The notes under the pieces: generated by a model
Seen by the model: the letters and a program-made list of their open reading frames with translations, nothing else
Told to the model about the DNA's origin: nothing
The model's database searches: none
Translations under genes and position numbers: made by a program
DNA from: a virus
Virus genome (UHGV): UHGV-0242533
Strand: one strand, 5' to 3'
DNA length: 64,000 nt
Shown: piece after piece, positions 1-9,335 of the stretch
How the letters are laid out: every line of letters starts with the position of its first letter
Numbering within the stretch: position 1 is the first letter of the stretch

Positions 1-976
1 CACAGACACGTTTCCACGTATCAGGAATTTCGAATGGTTCACATTTAATTGTGTCATCCGATACATCATAAATCAAACCACTTCCTAACAATGGCATACC
101 TTTTGAACGCATTTCTAATTGCCACGCTGGAATACCTTCAGTCATATCTTTTATATCTTGGTCAGTGATATGTCCACCTAGGTCTGCATGAGCATCCCAC
201 CAAGAAGCATTCTGGAAATATAGAGAACCTGTGTTCTCATCCCCTTCACCTTTCATAAATTTATCTACCAGTTCAGTTAAACCGTTCTCTGGTGTAGCCG
301 TAATTGTAACTAGACCTTTAGTTGTGAGTGTACGTGTGACACACTGTGCGAATATAGCCATAGACTCGTATGGATCTTCTTCGTCTAACCAAATGTAGTC
401 AACTGTTGCACCCATCAATGTGTGTTCACCCTGTTGGGTTGAACGGAATTCTAATGTACTTAAACCGTCAAACTCTCCTCTTTCATTTTGATGTTTGATT
501 TGTACGATTTGAAGTTTGTTACCATCTCGTTCTATCGTGTCAATGACGATAGCATCACGAGGAATGACACCTGTCCCTAATAAATTTGTATCCTTTCCGA
601 TAGGTGTACCAAACAATTCCTTTTGCAATACTTTCCTTGTGGAATCCCCTGTAATACCAACTGCCCATGCTAAGATAGGTCTTTTAAATTTATATCCTGT
701 CCACCAAGTTGGGTAGCGACCTGTGACATGACAAGCAAACTCGTATGCCTCGCTATAAGATTTACCAACACGGTTCGCTGCACACAAGAATCTAAAGCGA
801 TGCTTCAATCCTGCTGCATAAAATTTCTTTTGGAAGTCATACGCCTTGAAAGACAAAATCCTATTATACTTCCTCCATTGGTCACGCTCTTTCAACATAT
901 TCAATAGTGCTTTCTTTTCATCTACACTAAGGTTGTTACCAGTTAGAGCTTCATAAATTTGTTTATCTAATGACAT
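1..976 (-). CDS. terminase large subunit, N-terminal ATPase part (partial; 3' end beyond window start)
   Basis: Reverse-strand ORF open from ATG at 976-974 to position 1 (absent from the ORF track because it has no stop in the window); translation MSLDKQIYEAL...; Walker A-like AANRVGKS and Walker B-like IWLDEEDP; GGAGG RBS upstream. Confidence 0.7.
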   Translation of the reverse strand, partial: MSLDKQIYEALTGNNLSVDEKKALLNMLKERDQWRKYNRILSFKAYDFQKKFYAAGLKHRFRFLCAANRVGKSYSEAYEFACHVTGRYPTWWTGYKFKRPILAWAVGITGDSTRKVLQKELFGTPIGKDTNLLGTGVIPRDAIVIDTIERDGNKLQIVQIKHQNERGEFDGLSTLEFRSTQQGEHTLMGATVDYIWLDEEDPYESMAIFAQCVTRTLTTKGLVTITATPENGLTELVDKFMKGEGDENTGSLYFQNASWWDAHADLGGHITDQDIKDMTEGIPAWQLEMRSKGMPLLGSGLIYDVSDDTIKCEPFEIPDTWKRVC

Positions 977-1045
977 ACTTCCTCCAGTTTAAAAATAGAA
1001 AAGGGAAAGTCCCTTCGTCAAAGAACCTCCCCTTCTTTCCTTTAC

Positions 1046-1519
1046 TTAACTCTCGTCCGCTTCCTCCCCCTTTTCAGCGTCCTCAGAGTTGTCTTCTTCT
1101 GGAGGCATAACGTCAACACCAAGTGCTCCAGTCAAGAAGTCCTTGATTTGTGCATTCAATGATTCTTCGTTGATTACATTCTCTTCCTCAATCTTAACTT
1201 CAACAGAGGCCGCCTTAGGATATACCAGATCTGCAACTTTTGATGCAGCCTTGAATCTAAGATCAGGTGGAATATTAGGATCTTCGTAAATTTGAATTAA
1301 CACTTCATCAGGAGACAAATGACTTGCAGCAACACGGTCCAACATTAATTGTGTCAGTTTACCTCTACTACCTTTGGGTCGTCCGAATTTATTTCCCTTT
1401 TGAAACTTCCCATTGCTTGGGTTCATACCACGGCTTTCAAGTTCTTCCGTTACTCCGGGTAATCTTCCTGTAACCTCAGCTACCTGTGCAGGCGTGAGTT
1501 CTCCGTTTTCTCCAAACAT
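1046..1519 (-). CDS. putative terminase small subunit / DNA-binding protein
   Basis: 157-aa ORF immediately upstream of terminase large subunit; basic GRPKGSRGKLT segment, acidic C-terminus. Confidence 0.4.
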   Translation of the reverse strand: MFGENGELTPAQVAEVTGRLPGVTEELESRGMNPSNGKFQKGNKFGRPKGSRGKLTQLMLDRVAASHLSPDEVLIQIYEDPNIPPDLRFKAASKVADLVYPKAASVEVKIEEENVINEESLNAQIKDFLTGALGVDVMPPEEDNSEDAEKGEEADES

Positions 1520-1575
1520 TTTATACTCCTTCTACATTATCAACAACACAAAAAGCCTCCCAACGGAGGCAAATA

Positions 1576-2271
1576 TTACTTACAATCACCAACGGACAGG
1601 TTAAACATCTTACCTAGAGCAATCGTCTCACCTTCCCACGGAAGTTCTGCACCCTTCTCTTCCTCTAAAAGAATAGAGCCGTCGACCAAAAATTTTTCGT
1701 AGTCTCGCAGTGCGTCGTCTACTAACTCACTCTTGTGAATCCACGTAATTGTTTCTGTACCATCCTCTTCGATTCGAACATCACGATGCCATTCATCTTT
1801 GGAGGTAATGTAATCATGGAGCATTTCATATTCAGCTTCTTCAATCATCTCAATCATTGCACGAGCATAGTCAGGGAGGTGATCATGTTTAGTAGATTCG
1901 TATTCAACTACTTCCAGAGTAGAAGGCTTAGCCCGTGCAACTTCTTCAAGTACTTTTGATCGATCTTTGTAGTAGTTCTCATATTTATCACCAATAGTAC
2001 CGACTTGAAGTCCACGGTATTGTTCTACTAAACTCATCATATCTTTCTTCTCCGTAATAGTTGGTTTAAGAATACTTCCACTATATAAATCTTGTACAGC
2101 CAGTCCTGAAACATTTCCCATAGTTTCTAAATGTTGCAAGCTACAACCAGAACGACACAGCTGTGAATTGTAGTCAACCATGTCCATTGCTTTGATGTGG
2201 AAAGGAGAACCAGAAGGGAAACTACCTCCATAAACACCTTCCATGTTAACTGCGATTATTTTATTATTCAT
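1576..2271 (-). CDS. hypothetical protein (231 aa)
   Basis: Long ORF in late operon, overlaps neighbour by 8 nt (translational coupling). Confidence 0.6.
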   Translation of the reverse strand: MNNKIIAVNMEGVYGGSFPSGSPFHIKAMDMVDYNSQLCRSGCSLQHLETMGNVSGLAVQDLYSGSILKPTITEKKDMMSLVEQYRGLQVGTIGDKYENYYKDRSKVLEEVARAKPSTLEVVEYESTKHDHLPDYARAMIEMIEEAEYEMLHDYITSKDEWHRDVRIEEDGTETITWIHKSELVDDALRDYEKFLVDGSILLEEEKGAELPWEGETIALGKMFNLSVGDCK

Positions 2272-2518
2272 TTGTATCTCCCTTGCTGTAATCTTTGTAT
2301 GTTTCTACTTTGTAAGTGCGGAATGCTCTGAAGAAGAGCCAACCTAAGCTACTCACATCAATTGTGATATCGAAATCTGTATCATCATCTAAATCAACAA
2401 GACGACCTAAGCATGTAGCTTCCATCCCTTCTTCAGAGTCACTGTTGACTACGAAAGCGTATGTCTCAGTTCTGAACCGAGGCACCAACTCTGATAAAAA
2501 GTCTAATACTAAATTCAT
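2264..2518 (-). CDS. hypothetical acidic protein (84 aa), first gene of minus-strand operon
   Basis: ORF with AGGAGAAG RBS on minus strand upstream of ATG at 2518. Confidence 0.5.
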   Translation of the reverse strand: MNLVLDFLSELVPRFRTETYAFVVNSDSEEGMEATCLGRLVDLDDDTDFDITIDVSSLGWLFFRAFRTYKVETYKDYSKGDTNE

Positions 2519-2544
2519 AATTCTTCTCCTCTGAATAAAAGTAT

Positions 2545-2672
2545 AAAGGGCACATCATAAGATCAACCCGTAAAGGCCACGTCATACCAACAACCCGTGT
2601 ACGCTGAAGTAAAGGGCATGTCATAAAGGGGACTTCATGTTAAGGCACCCTCACATTAAGGCCATGTCATTA
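2545..2672. repeat. array of five direct repeats, consensus AARGGCMnnTCATA, spaced about 25-40 bp
   Basis: Copies at 2545, 2572, 2611, 2642, 2658 read directly from sequence. Confidence 0.6.
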
Positions 2673-3687
2673 GTCATACTTGATACACCTTGCTATAGAG
2701 AAGCAGATGAATAAACAGAAGACTATTACTAACCAGAATATCCATTCCATTAAGGTCTGTCCATCCATGTGCTGTGTTTAAGCTTACCACATTTACTACA
2801 TCTCCAAGTGGACTTATAAAGGGTGTGAACTCTTTCATCCCCGTAAGCTTTGTGTATCCGATAGTACTCATGATCACATTTGAATTGCTTAATGATTAAC
2901 TTAATTTTCCACATAAATTCTCTTTCAACCTTATATATAAGAGTTTAAAATTCTGATTTGACCGAATGGGGCTAGCCGCTCGCCGCGCGTTTCCTAAAAA
3001 GGGGGAGTCCTCATTTAAAAAAGGGTTATTGGCAATGCCTTTACCTTCCCTTTACATGTTCCACCTTTCCCCGTGCCTACTCCCCGTAGTTATTCCCCCG
3101 TGTATCCACACCACATAAATGGTGGGGCATACTTTTATGCCTCTGTATACTACCCAATACATTACCTACCCGTTTATTTAGTTCCCCTTTAAAGAGTGGA
3201 TGAGAGGCCAGCACTGTATAAAGGTCTGTATAATGATTAGATTAAGGCACTATGAATAAGCTAATAACACCCCCTAGTTACTACCCCATTCCCCCCATAG
3301 TTTGATTGTAAATAGTTTCAATAGTTGTTATTATGAGTGCAATATATGATGGGTGCATGGAATGCACAGCTACGAAGTAGCGTTGTATGTATGTATTAAT
3401 TAAGTGGAAAGATTGATACTTTCTTTTATGTTCTTTCTTTTTCAGCGTACCTGAGCGTAAGCGAAGGGTGAGTACGTAGTACGAACGGTCTTTGATGTTT
3501 GAGTAGATGATTTTGGTTAAGTGGTATATTACTACCGCACTATCTGGCTATCCTTCCCCGTGGTCTGTTCTGCGGTTGTGTGTTCCCCGTCCTATATAGA
3601 TAGTAGAATTAATTCACCCGTGGTCTTGCTTTCCTTATTAGGTAGTGGTAAATTGAATCTATCGATTGAGTGGTTGGAGTAGTAGAA

Positions 3688-3852
3688 ATGATTATCTTAG
3701 TAATGTTGGTGCTGGCTGTAGCGTTTCCTTTGCTTGCTCTGATTGTTTGTGAAGTGGTTGAGTTATTCACTGATAAAGGGTTAGAAGTTGTTGATAAACC
3801 AAGCAAATTTGATGGCGTGAAATTTAGTAAAAAAGTTGAAATTAGTTGTTGA
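3688..3852 (+). CDS. small hydrophobic membrane protein (54 aa)
   Basis: ATG at 3688 with GGAG 10 nt upstream; MIILVMLVLAVAFPLLALIV transmembrane segment. Confidence 0.4.
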   Translation: MIILVMLVLAVAFPLLALIVCEVVELFTDKGLEVVDKPSKFDGVKFSKKVEISC

Positions 3853-3877
3853 CATGTTAGGTAATAAGAAGTATAGT
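3849..3877 (+). promoter_or_regulatory. sigma70-type early promoter (TTGACA-17-TATAGT)
   Basis: AGTTGTTGACA box at 3844-3854, -10 TATAGT at 3872-3877; 41 nt upstream of gene at 3919. Confidence 0.5.
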
Positions 3878-3918
3878 TATCTCATTGAAACGAAGTATAC
3901 TAACTAAAGGGGTCAATC

Positions 3919-4395
3919 ATGAATAAGGCAAACTTTGTAATCGGTGCTCTGGTATTAACCTTCGGTAGTATGGCTATCGCTGACAAGATTGCTAGCGCTC
4001 CAGTTGCTCAAGCTGCTGTAGTTATGACTGATGCTGCTGATACATTCGTTAGCAACGCTCCTAAAGGTTGGATGGTTTGTAAAGGATTGGATTCAGATAA
4101 CGTCACTACGTTGATGAAAGTTAAATTATCTAACGTAACCAATCGTGGTATGATTTTGTCTACTCGTACACTTGACAATCAGAACAATGAGGATATTCTT
4201 CTTTCCCGTAAAGACAATGACCCTGAGTTGATTACCTTTGGCGATGTGCAGACTATCAAAGGTTCTAAAGTTGTGACTAATCTTGTAACGTATGGTACAA
4301 TGCAAGAAACCATGTTAGCCACTTCCGTTTATGCTGCTGATAACAGTATTTGGACGTTCCGCTTTCAGATGGGTGATTGTGTTAAAGCAAAATAG
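3919..4395 (+). CDS. secreted/periplasmic protein with N-terminal signal peptide
   Basis: 158-aa ORF, RBS AAGGGG; MNKANFVIGALVLTFGSMAIA signal-like N-terminus. Confidence 0.7.
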   Translation: MNKANFVIGALVLTFGSMAIADKIASAPVAQAAVVMTDAADTFVSNAPKGWMVCKGLDSDNVTTLMKVKLSNVTNRGMILSTRTLDNQNNEDILLSRKDNDPELITFGDVQTIKGSKVVTNLVTYGTMQETMLATSVYAADNSIWTFRFQMGDCVKAK

Positions 4396-4398
4396 TTG

Positions 4399-4427
4399 TT
4401 GACACGGTTATAGATTGGCAGTATTAT
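4399..4427 (+). promoter_or_regulatory. sigma70-type early promoter (TTGACA-17-TATTAT)
   Basis: Same AGTTGTTGACA box as 3849 promoter; -10 TATTAT at 4422-4427. Confidence 0.5.
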
Positions 4428-4462
4428 TACTTCATCAAGACAACATTAAAGGAATCAAGACA

Positions 4463-4792
4463 ATGAAAACCCTAATCGCATCTGCTCTTTTATCTGTAGC
4501 TGTTCTTTCAACTGTTGGATGTTCTTCTTCTCCGCGTCCTAACGGTTGGTGTGCTCTGGAAGTTGAAGGCACTTGTGTGATGCGTTGGAAAGATGGCGTT
4601 AAGGTTCCTGCTGGTGAGATTGACATGAAGTACGAAGGTGCTAGCTGTTCTAATGGTGGGTCTGTTGATGAAAAAGCCTATCGTGAGCGTGATATGAAAA
4701 CACAAGCCGATTGGAAGAAGTCAGATTTTATCTCCCGAGCAACTCATTGCGGTGGCAATACTTCCGTTAAGGGTAAAGAATGGGACATTTAA
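4463..4792 (+). CDS. lipoprotein (paralogue of 13380..13679)
   Basis: ATG 4463 with AAAGGA RBS; signal peptide ending in lipobox LSTVGC; shares W-C-A-[VL]-[AE]-V-E-G and VP-[AS]-GEIDM and C-G-G motifs with the second copy. Confidence 0.7.
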   Translation: MKTLIASALLSVAVLSTVGCSSSPRPNGWCALEVEGTCVMRWKDGVKVPAGEIDMKYEGASCSNGGSVDEKAYRERDMKTQADWKKSDFISRATHCGGNTSVKGKEWDI

Positions 4793-4896
4793 AAAGATTA
4801 GTTTGCAATACTAGTTCTAACGTACTATCTTTGATTTTCACCGTGATTGCTACTGCAATTGCTTACTATGTTCTTGTTGTTTTGGGAGTGTGACTT

Positions 4897-5160
4897 ATGA
4901 CTAAAGAGTACAGCTACACTATTCCCACCCGTAACTATGGCGATATTGACTTTTCTTACACTGACACATCTGACAAGTGTTTAATCTTGTTCGTTAGTGG
5001 TGATAATATTAATGCGGTGGAGTTTCCTGCTGTTGCTCTAATCATGGATGACGTTAAAGCTGGTCATTATCTAGCGCAACGTGGGGTTCTTCTGTCACTG
5101 GAAGAAATTAAATTGCTTAGAGTATCACTCTTTGAAGGTAAAGGCAACGATGAAGAATGA
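4897..5160 (+). CDS. hypothetical protein (87 aa)
   Basis: ORF in early operon. Confidence 0.55.
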   Translation: MTKEYSYTIPTRNYGDIDFSYTDTSDKCLILFVSGDNINAVEFPAVALIMDDVKAGHYLAQRGVLLSLEEIKLLRVSLFEGKGNDEE

Positions 5161-5446
5161 TTATTTTTGGCGGTGCTTGTTCATTGCTACAGTGGTGCTA
5201 TTCGTCGCTGATATGCTTTACTCTTACGTTCTTTAAGGCCTGAGTGTGCTGTTTTTGTTTGTGTTTGTCGTGGGCTTCATTTCTTTAAATTATTTACTGA
5301 TTGTTGCCGCTCTGGATATTCTTAATCTCAATACTAAAGGTTGATTGCTATGTGGTTTATTAAATTCTTAGGCTTAATCTTTCTTCTTTATTGTGCCGTA
5401 GTCATGCCTATGGTCATAATTTATCTGATTCTATAATCCTTCCTGT

Positions 5447-5470
5447 AAGCCTCCTAGTGAGGCTTTTCTC
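5447..5470 (+). terminator. rho-independent terminator
   Basis: AAGCCTC-loop-GAGGCTT hairpin followed by TTCTCG. Confidence 0.5.
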
Positions 5471-5731
5471 GTTTCTAAGGTGATTGTATGCCTTCCTCCC
5501 TTTTAGCTCGTTGTGATGCTTCTGAGAGCGTCAAATAGTGCTTTACAAGCCTGTTTTAGTGTGTTATTCGCGTGCGCGTTCCTTTATACCTCCCTTCCCT
5601 GAAAAAATAATCGAAATAGGTGTTGCTTTCCTCTATCACTTCCACTATCATCTATTCATCGGTTAAGCAGTACCAAGTAGACAACCTGATAAGTCGTACG
5701 AAAAACAGGTAATCGATAAGAAATAAAAAGA

Positions 5732-5759
5732 TTGACAAGGTATCCAAACGTAGTAAGAT
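5732..5759 (+). promoter_or_regulatory. strong sigma70-type promoter P1 (TTGACA-16-TAAGAT) with A-rich upstream element
   Basis: Exact TTGACA at 5732-5737; AAATAAAAAGA upstream. Confidence 0.55.
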
Positions 5760-5879
5760 GGGTATCAGAAACAAAGCAAGGAAACTTGCAAATGCTCTTT
5801 AAAAACTTATCATCTTGCCCTTTCGCAAAGATTCACGCGAGATAAGGGAAAGGAATTCAAAGAAGATGATAAAAAAGAG

Positions 5880-5907
5880 TTGACAAGGTAATCCAGTGAG
5901 TTATAAT
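5880..5907 (+). promoter_or_regulatory. strong sigma70-type promoter P2 (TTGACA-16-TATAAT)
   Basis: Exact -35 and exact -10 consensus; AAAAAAGAG upstream. Confidence 0.6.
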
Positions 5908-6055
5908 GGTTGCCAGTTAGCAGATACACAGCTAACATGTTCTTTAAAAATATGACCTGATTCACTAGCCTAGCCGCTTAGTAATCCTCAATCAAATATA
6001 GCTGATTGATATATCCTCCCAATAAAGGGAACGACGAAAAAGATTAAAAAGATGG

Positions 6056-6084
6056 TTGACAGGCACTGAGAGTTAGGGCATAAT
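6056..6084 (+). promoter_or_regulatory. strong sigma70-type promoter P3 (TTGACA-17-CATAAT)
   Basis: Exact -35; AAAAAGATTAAAAAGA upstream. Confidence 0.55.
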
Positions 6085-7005
6085 GAGCACATTAGCTAAG
6101 GGAAACATTCCGAAGCGAAGCGAGACAACGGCTAACAGTTGCATAGCGTGAGCAAACACGCTGATAGATTTACCGCTCTTTAACAATATAAACGTTCTTC
6201 TATATCGGTTGAATATGCTTGATGATAATAACCATCGGAAAGCATACCAGATAAAACGGTGTAAGACTCTCTAGACTATCAGAGGAAACAGTCTTGCAAT
6301 CCCTTACTGGAAACGTCACCACTGATAAATGGATTCACTGAGTGCACGCAAAGACTTAAGCTAATCGCCCACGGTTAAGGGTAGCGGCGGTCATCGCTAA
6401 CAAGGCGCTACAGTGAAAGAAGTTAATCAGGGTAGACAAGTCCGACAAATTAACGCCCAATTGAGGGCGGCGGGGAGCGGTTAAAAAGTGGCAAATTGCT
6501 ATTTAACAATAAGGTTTAGTGTGAACGTTTACGATGTGAACGGCTTGAGATTCGTCTTACGATGAAAGTACATAGTCGGTTTATGTAGTAAACTCGCTGA
6601 AAGATATCAAACGTCGGAATACTAGACGGTTAATGACTCTTTCGCAATAGTCTCCCGTAGTGGGCGATGGCTAGCGATTGAGAGTTAATACAAAAGGATA
6701 GGCGAGAGCGAAAGCAAAGTAGACGATATTGCCGACGGTTACAATAACGTAACTAATTAGAGTCGGACACACTGCCTTATTGTGATGATTGATCATCGCT
6801 ATCAGGTCGGCTTTGTTTATAGCGACTAATTAAAGATACCAGATGAAACATCACGGATAAGGAGGCGGCAAGGTTAACTCCTGATAAGACCGCCTCACTT
6901 ACCTGTAACTGCTCAATAATGAGTGGTTAGAGTTAAGTTAATAGTGACTTAAACAAGCTCATAGAGAGCGGGGCATAGTGCCCTAAACATTAAAAGGTAA
7001 ATATC

Positions 7006-7905
7006 ATGGCTAAGATCTTCACTCTGGTTAACGAATCTGGTTTTAACGCTCTGGCTAACAACATCCGCAGCAACAACGCAGCGATTAAGCAAGACGTTTC
7101 TAACTTCCTGTTAGGGCACTTGCAGCACTTCCGTAGCAACGGTAAAAAGCTGGACGTATTACAAGCGGCGGTTGACTTCCTGTTAACTGAACGCTTCCGC
7201 GATATGGATGTTATTGCTACCGCAATCACTTTCTTAACCCCTATCAAGTTTAACACTGATGCGGCGAATGGTCGTAAAAAGTGGATTAATCTGGAAGGCG
7301 AAGCGAAAGCGAAAGAAGATGCGAAAGAAGCGCAAATTAAAACCAAAATGGAACAAAACCGTGCCCGCTGGTCAAACGCTTTCGAAAACTTCGCGTTAGG
7401 TCGTGAAATTGAAGTTGATAACCCTAACTTCTACAAAGGTTGCAATGACAACGTAGCGGCACACCTGCAAATCCCGGCGAAAAACAAGGAAGACTTTAAC
7501 CAAGATATTTACGCTTTGGTTGAACGCTTGAATGCAATCCGTATTGAAGCCAAATTACTGGCTGATGAGCGCAACGGCGCAACTAGCGATAACACTATCG
7601 CCCTGAGTGAAGAAGTTGGGAAGGTTAAAAAGTCCTTTGATTCACTCATCAAGAAAGTCACGGCCTCAACGGTAGCGATCTCGGATGATTATCTGATGAA
7701 CGCATCAAGCAAGGAATTAGAATCACTCGATTCATACGCTGATGAAATGGAAAAGACTGTTGCAGCTATGCAGGAGAAGTTAGAAAGTCTGCGCGGTCGT
7801 ATCTCTTCAACGGTTGCTACCCGTACCGAACAAGCGGCGAAAGCAGAAGAGGAAGAAGTATTGCGTAAAGCGGCTGAAATTATGGCGGCACGTCAGGCGG
7901 CATAA
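7006..7905 (+). CDS. early protein (299 aa), helical/coiled-coil C-terminus, unknown function
   Basis: First ORF downstream of P1-P3 and a 0.9 kb leader; codon usage unlike neighbours (GCG/CGT/CTG rich); followed by strong terminator. Confidence 0.8.
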   Translation: MAKIFTLVNESGFNALANNIRSNNAAIKQDVSNFLLGHLQHFRSNGKKLDVLQAAVDFLLTERFRDMDVIATAITFLTPIKFNTDAANGRKKWINLEGEAKAKEDAKEAQIKTKMEQNRARWSNAFENFALGREIEVDNPNFYKGCNDNVAAHLQIPAKNKEDFNQDIYALVERLNAIRIEAKLLADERNGATSDNTIALSEEVGKVKKSFDSLIKKVTASTVAISDDYLMNASSKELESLDSYADEMEKTVAAMQEKLESLRGRISSTVATRTEQAAKAEEEEVLRKAAEIMAARQAA

Positions 7906-7928
7906 GTAAGACAATTTGAATAAACATA

Positions 7929-7963
7929 AGGCGCTATCTTAACGGGTAGCGCCTTTTCTTTTA
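7929..7963 (+). terminator. rho-independent terminator
   Basis: AGGCGCTA-loop-TAGCGCCT hairpin plus TTTTCTTTT. Confidence 0.65.
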
Positions 7964-8016
7964 TCAGTGCATTGATTCAGTGCATTAATCAAAGAATCTA
8001 ATCAAAGGTGACGATC

Positions 8017-8235
8017 ATGTTAATTACACATACCACGATTTATAGGAATCTTGTCAATGGTCAACATTACCGCCTATCTAAAAAGTATGGCGTTGAATGT
8101 AAATGTGTTATTACCGGTGAATGGTATCCGTCGCCAATGAAGATTGAAACGCTGGAACGTGAAGCGATCAGTTATATTATCACGCAAGAAACAACGTTAG
8201 GCCGTATCTTAAGAAAGCTGGGATTGAGAAAATGA
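8017..8235 (+). CDS. hypothetical protein (72 aa)
   Basis: ATG 8017 with AAAGGTGA RBS. Confidence 0.5.
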   Translation: MLITHTTIYRNLVNGQHYRLSKKYGVECKCVITGEWYPSPMKIETLEREAISYIITQETTLGRILRKLGLRK

Positions 8236-8456
8236 TATTCAGTAGTAATTTTGGCAAGTGTCCTATTTGTGAGAAACATCGCAGCACGGGAAACCATCGC
8301 AAATGTAGTAAGATATTACAGCGCCAACGTGATAACAAACATTGGGATACTGTACACACTAACCAGCGTAAAGAAGAAGTTAGGAAAATGGCTGTTAAAG
8401 CGTCATTTGCTCAATCAACCCGTATTGAACACATTCAAAGGTATCAAGCATCATGA
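8232..8456 (+). CDS. small Cys/His-containing protein (possible zinc finger)
   Basis: CPICEKH...H motif; ATGA overlap with upstream gene. Confidence 0.5.
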   Translation: MIFSSNFGKCPICEKHRSTGNHRKCSKILQRQRDNKHWDTVHTNQRKEEVRKMAVKASFAQSTRIEHIQRYQAS

Positions 8457-8662
8457 TCACTAACATTTCAGAGTTTAAGAAAGCTCCCTCTCGTCTGTTA
8501 GGCCGTCGTGTAGTGTATCTTTATAGCAATAAAGGTAAATGTACAACCGGACGAATTACAACGGTGAGTAGTGCCAATAAGAAACTACTAAAATTATGTG
8601 TAACTATGGATGACGGTACAATCCTTCTACGTAGTTGGAAATCGTTTAGTTTACTTGATTAA
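8453..8662 (+). CDS. hypothetical protein (69 aa)
   Basis: ORF overlapping upstream stop. Confidence 0.5.
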   Translation: MITNISEFKKAPSRLLGRRVVYLYSNKGKCTTGRITTVSSANKKLLKLCVTMDDGTILLRSWKSFSLLD

Positions 8663-8731
8663 GTTATTTGTTCAAGCCTATCGCCTTGATGGGCTTGCCC
8701 GATATAACTTATCACTGAAAGGAATAAGATT

Positions 8732-9175
8732 GTGGCTAAATCTAAAATCAGCATGAAGGGCGGGCGTTGTTTTGCTATCTCTGAACTAGAGAAAGAGAAA
8801 CCGAAGGCAACTAATCACGTTAGTAAGCGTAGTTTAAAACGTCGTGCTGCAAAGGCTGAGGCTGAATCCCATGTTCCTTCCAGTGTGGCAAAGCGTGTAG
8901 GCCATCGTGTCCATCGGGCTGATGCGTTGTTGTTGGCTGATCATAAACGTTCTTTGTTAAAGAGCGGGGGAGCTAAAACAGAAGAGGAGAAGAAGTTAGA
9001 AATCTTCTGTAATGGTCGCACCCGTGGTAAACAGAAGTTTAAAGGTAGCACGAAAGACCCGCAGGCTTTCCCTAAGACAAGCCAGTGTGCACCTGATGTT
9101 TTCTACGCAGATAGTAAACACAAGTGGGGCGTTGAAAAATACATTGACCCCATCAAAGAGGCAAGGGTTAAGTAG
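8732..9175 (+). CDS. basic K/R-rich protein (147 aa)
   Basis: ORF with RBS AAAGGAATAAG. Confidence 0.55.
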   Translation: MAKSKISMKGGRCFAISELEKEKPKATNHVSKRSLKRRAAKAEAESHVPSSVAKRVGHRVHRADALLLADHKRSLLKSGGAKTEEEKKLEIFCNGRTRGKQKFKGSTKDPQAFPKTSQCAPDVFYADSKHKWGVEKYIDPIKEARVK

Positions 9176-9184
9176 TAGGAATAT

Positions 9185-9221
9185 AGCCCCCTCTTTTAGT
9201 ACTATGACGCTCTTTCTGTAG
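9185..9221 (+). repeat. conserved intergenic motif CTCTTTTAGTACTATGACGC (copy 1)
   Basis: Near-identical copy at 16012-16052. Confidence 0.5.
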
Positions 9222-9255
9222 CGTCGTGCCCTCTCCCCATTTGAAGCTTCCGCAT

Positions 9256-9309
9256 AGCCGCCTTTGAGCGGCTTTTTGCGTTACCGCCTCCTTAATTGGA
9301 GGCTTTTTT
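9256..9309 (+). terminator. two tandem rho-independent terminators
   Basis: AGCCGC-loop-GCGGCT+TTTTT and GCCTCC-TTAATT-GGAGGC+TTTTTT. Confidence 0.6.
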
Positions 9310-9335
9310 GTATCTATTATATAGGAAACCATGAA

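Noticed and set aside
516-716. Plus-strand 66-aa ORF
   Set aside because: Lies entirely inside the minus-strand terminase large subunit gene with no RBS; antisense artefact.
2674-2877. Minus-strand 67-aa ORF in the terminus region
   Set aside because: No Shine-Dalgarno sequence and it overlaps the direct-repeat array; kept only as a weak possibility.
6990-7346. Minus-strand 118-aa ORF
   Set aside because: Antisense to the well-supported early gene 7006..7905; no RBS.
9264-9335. N-terminal extension of the collagen-repeat ORF from TTG 9264
   Set aside because: The extension runs through the tandem terminator hairpins; ATG 9336 gives a textbook signal peptide.
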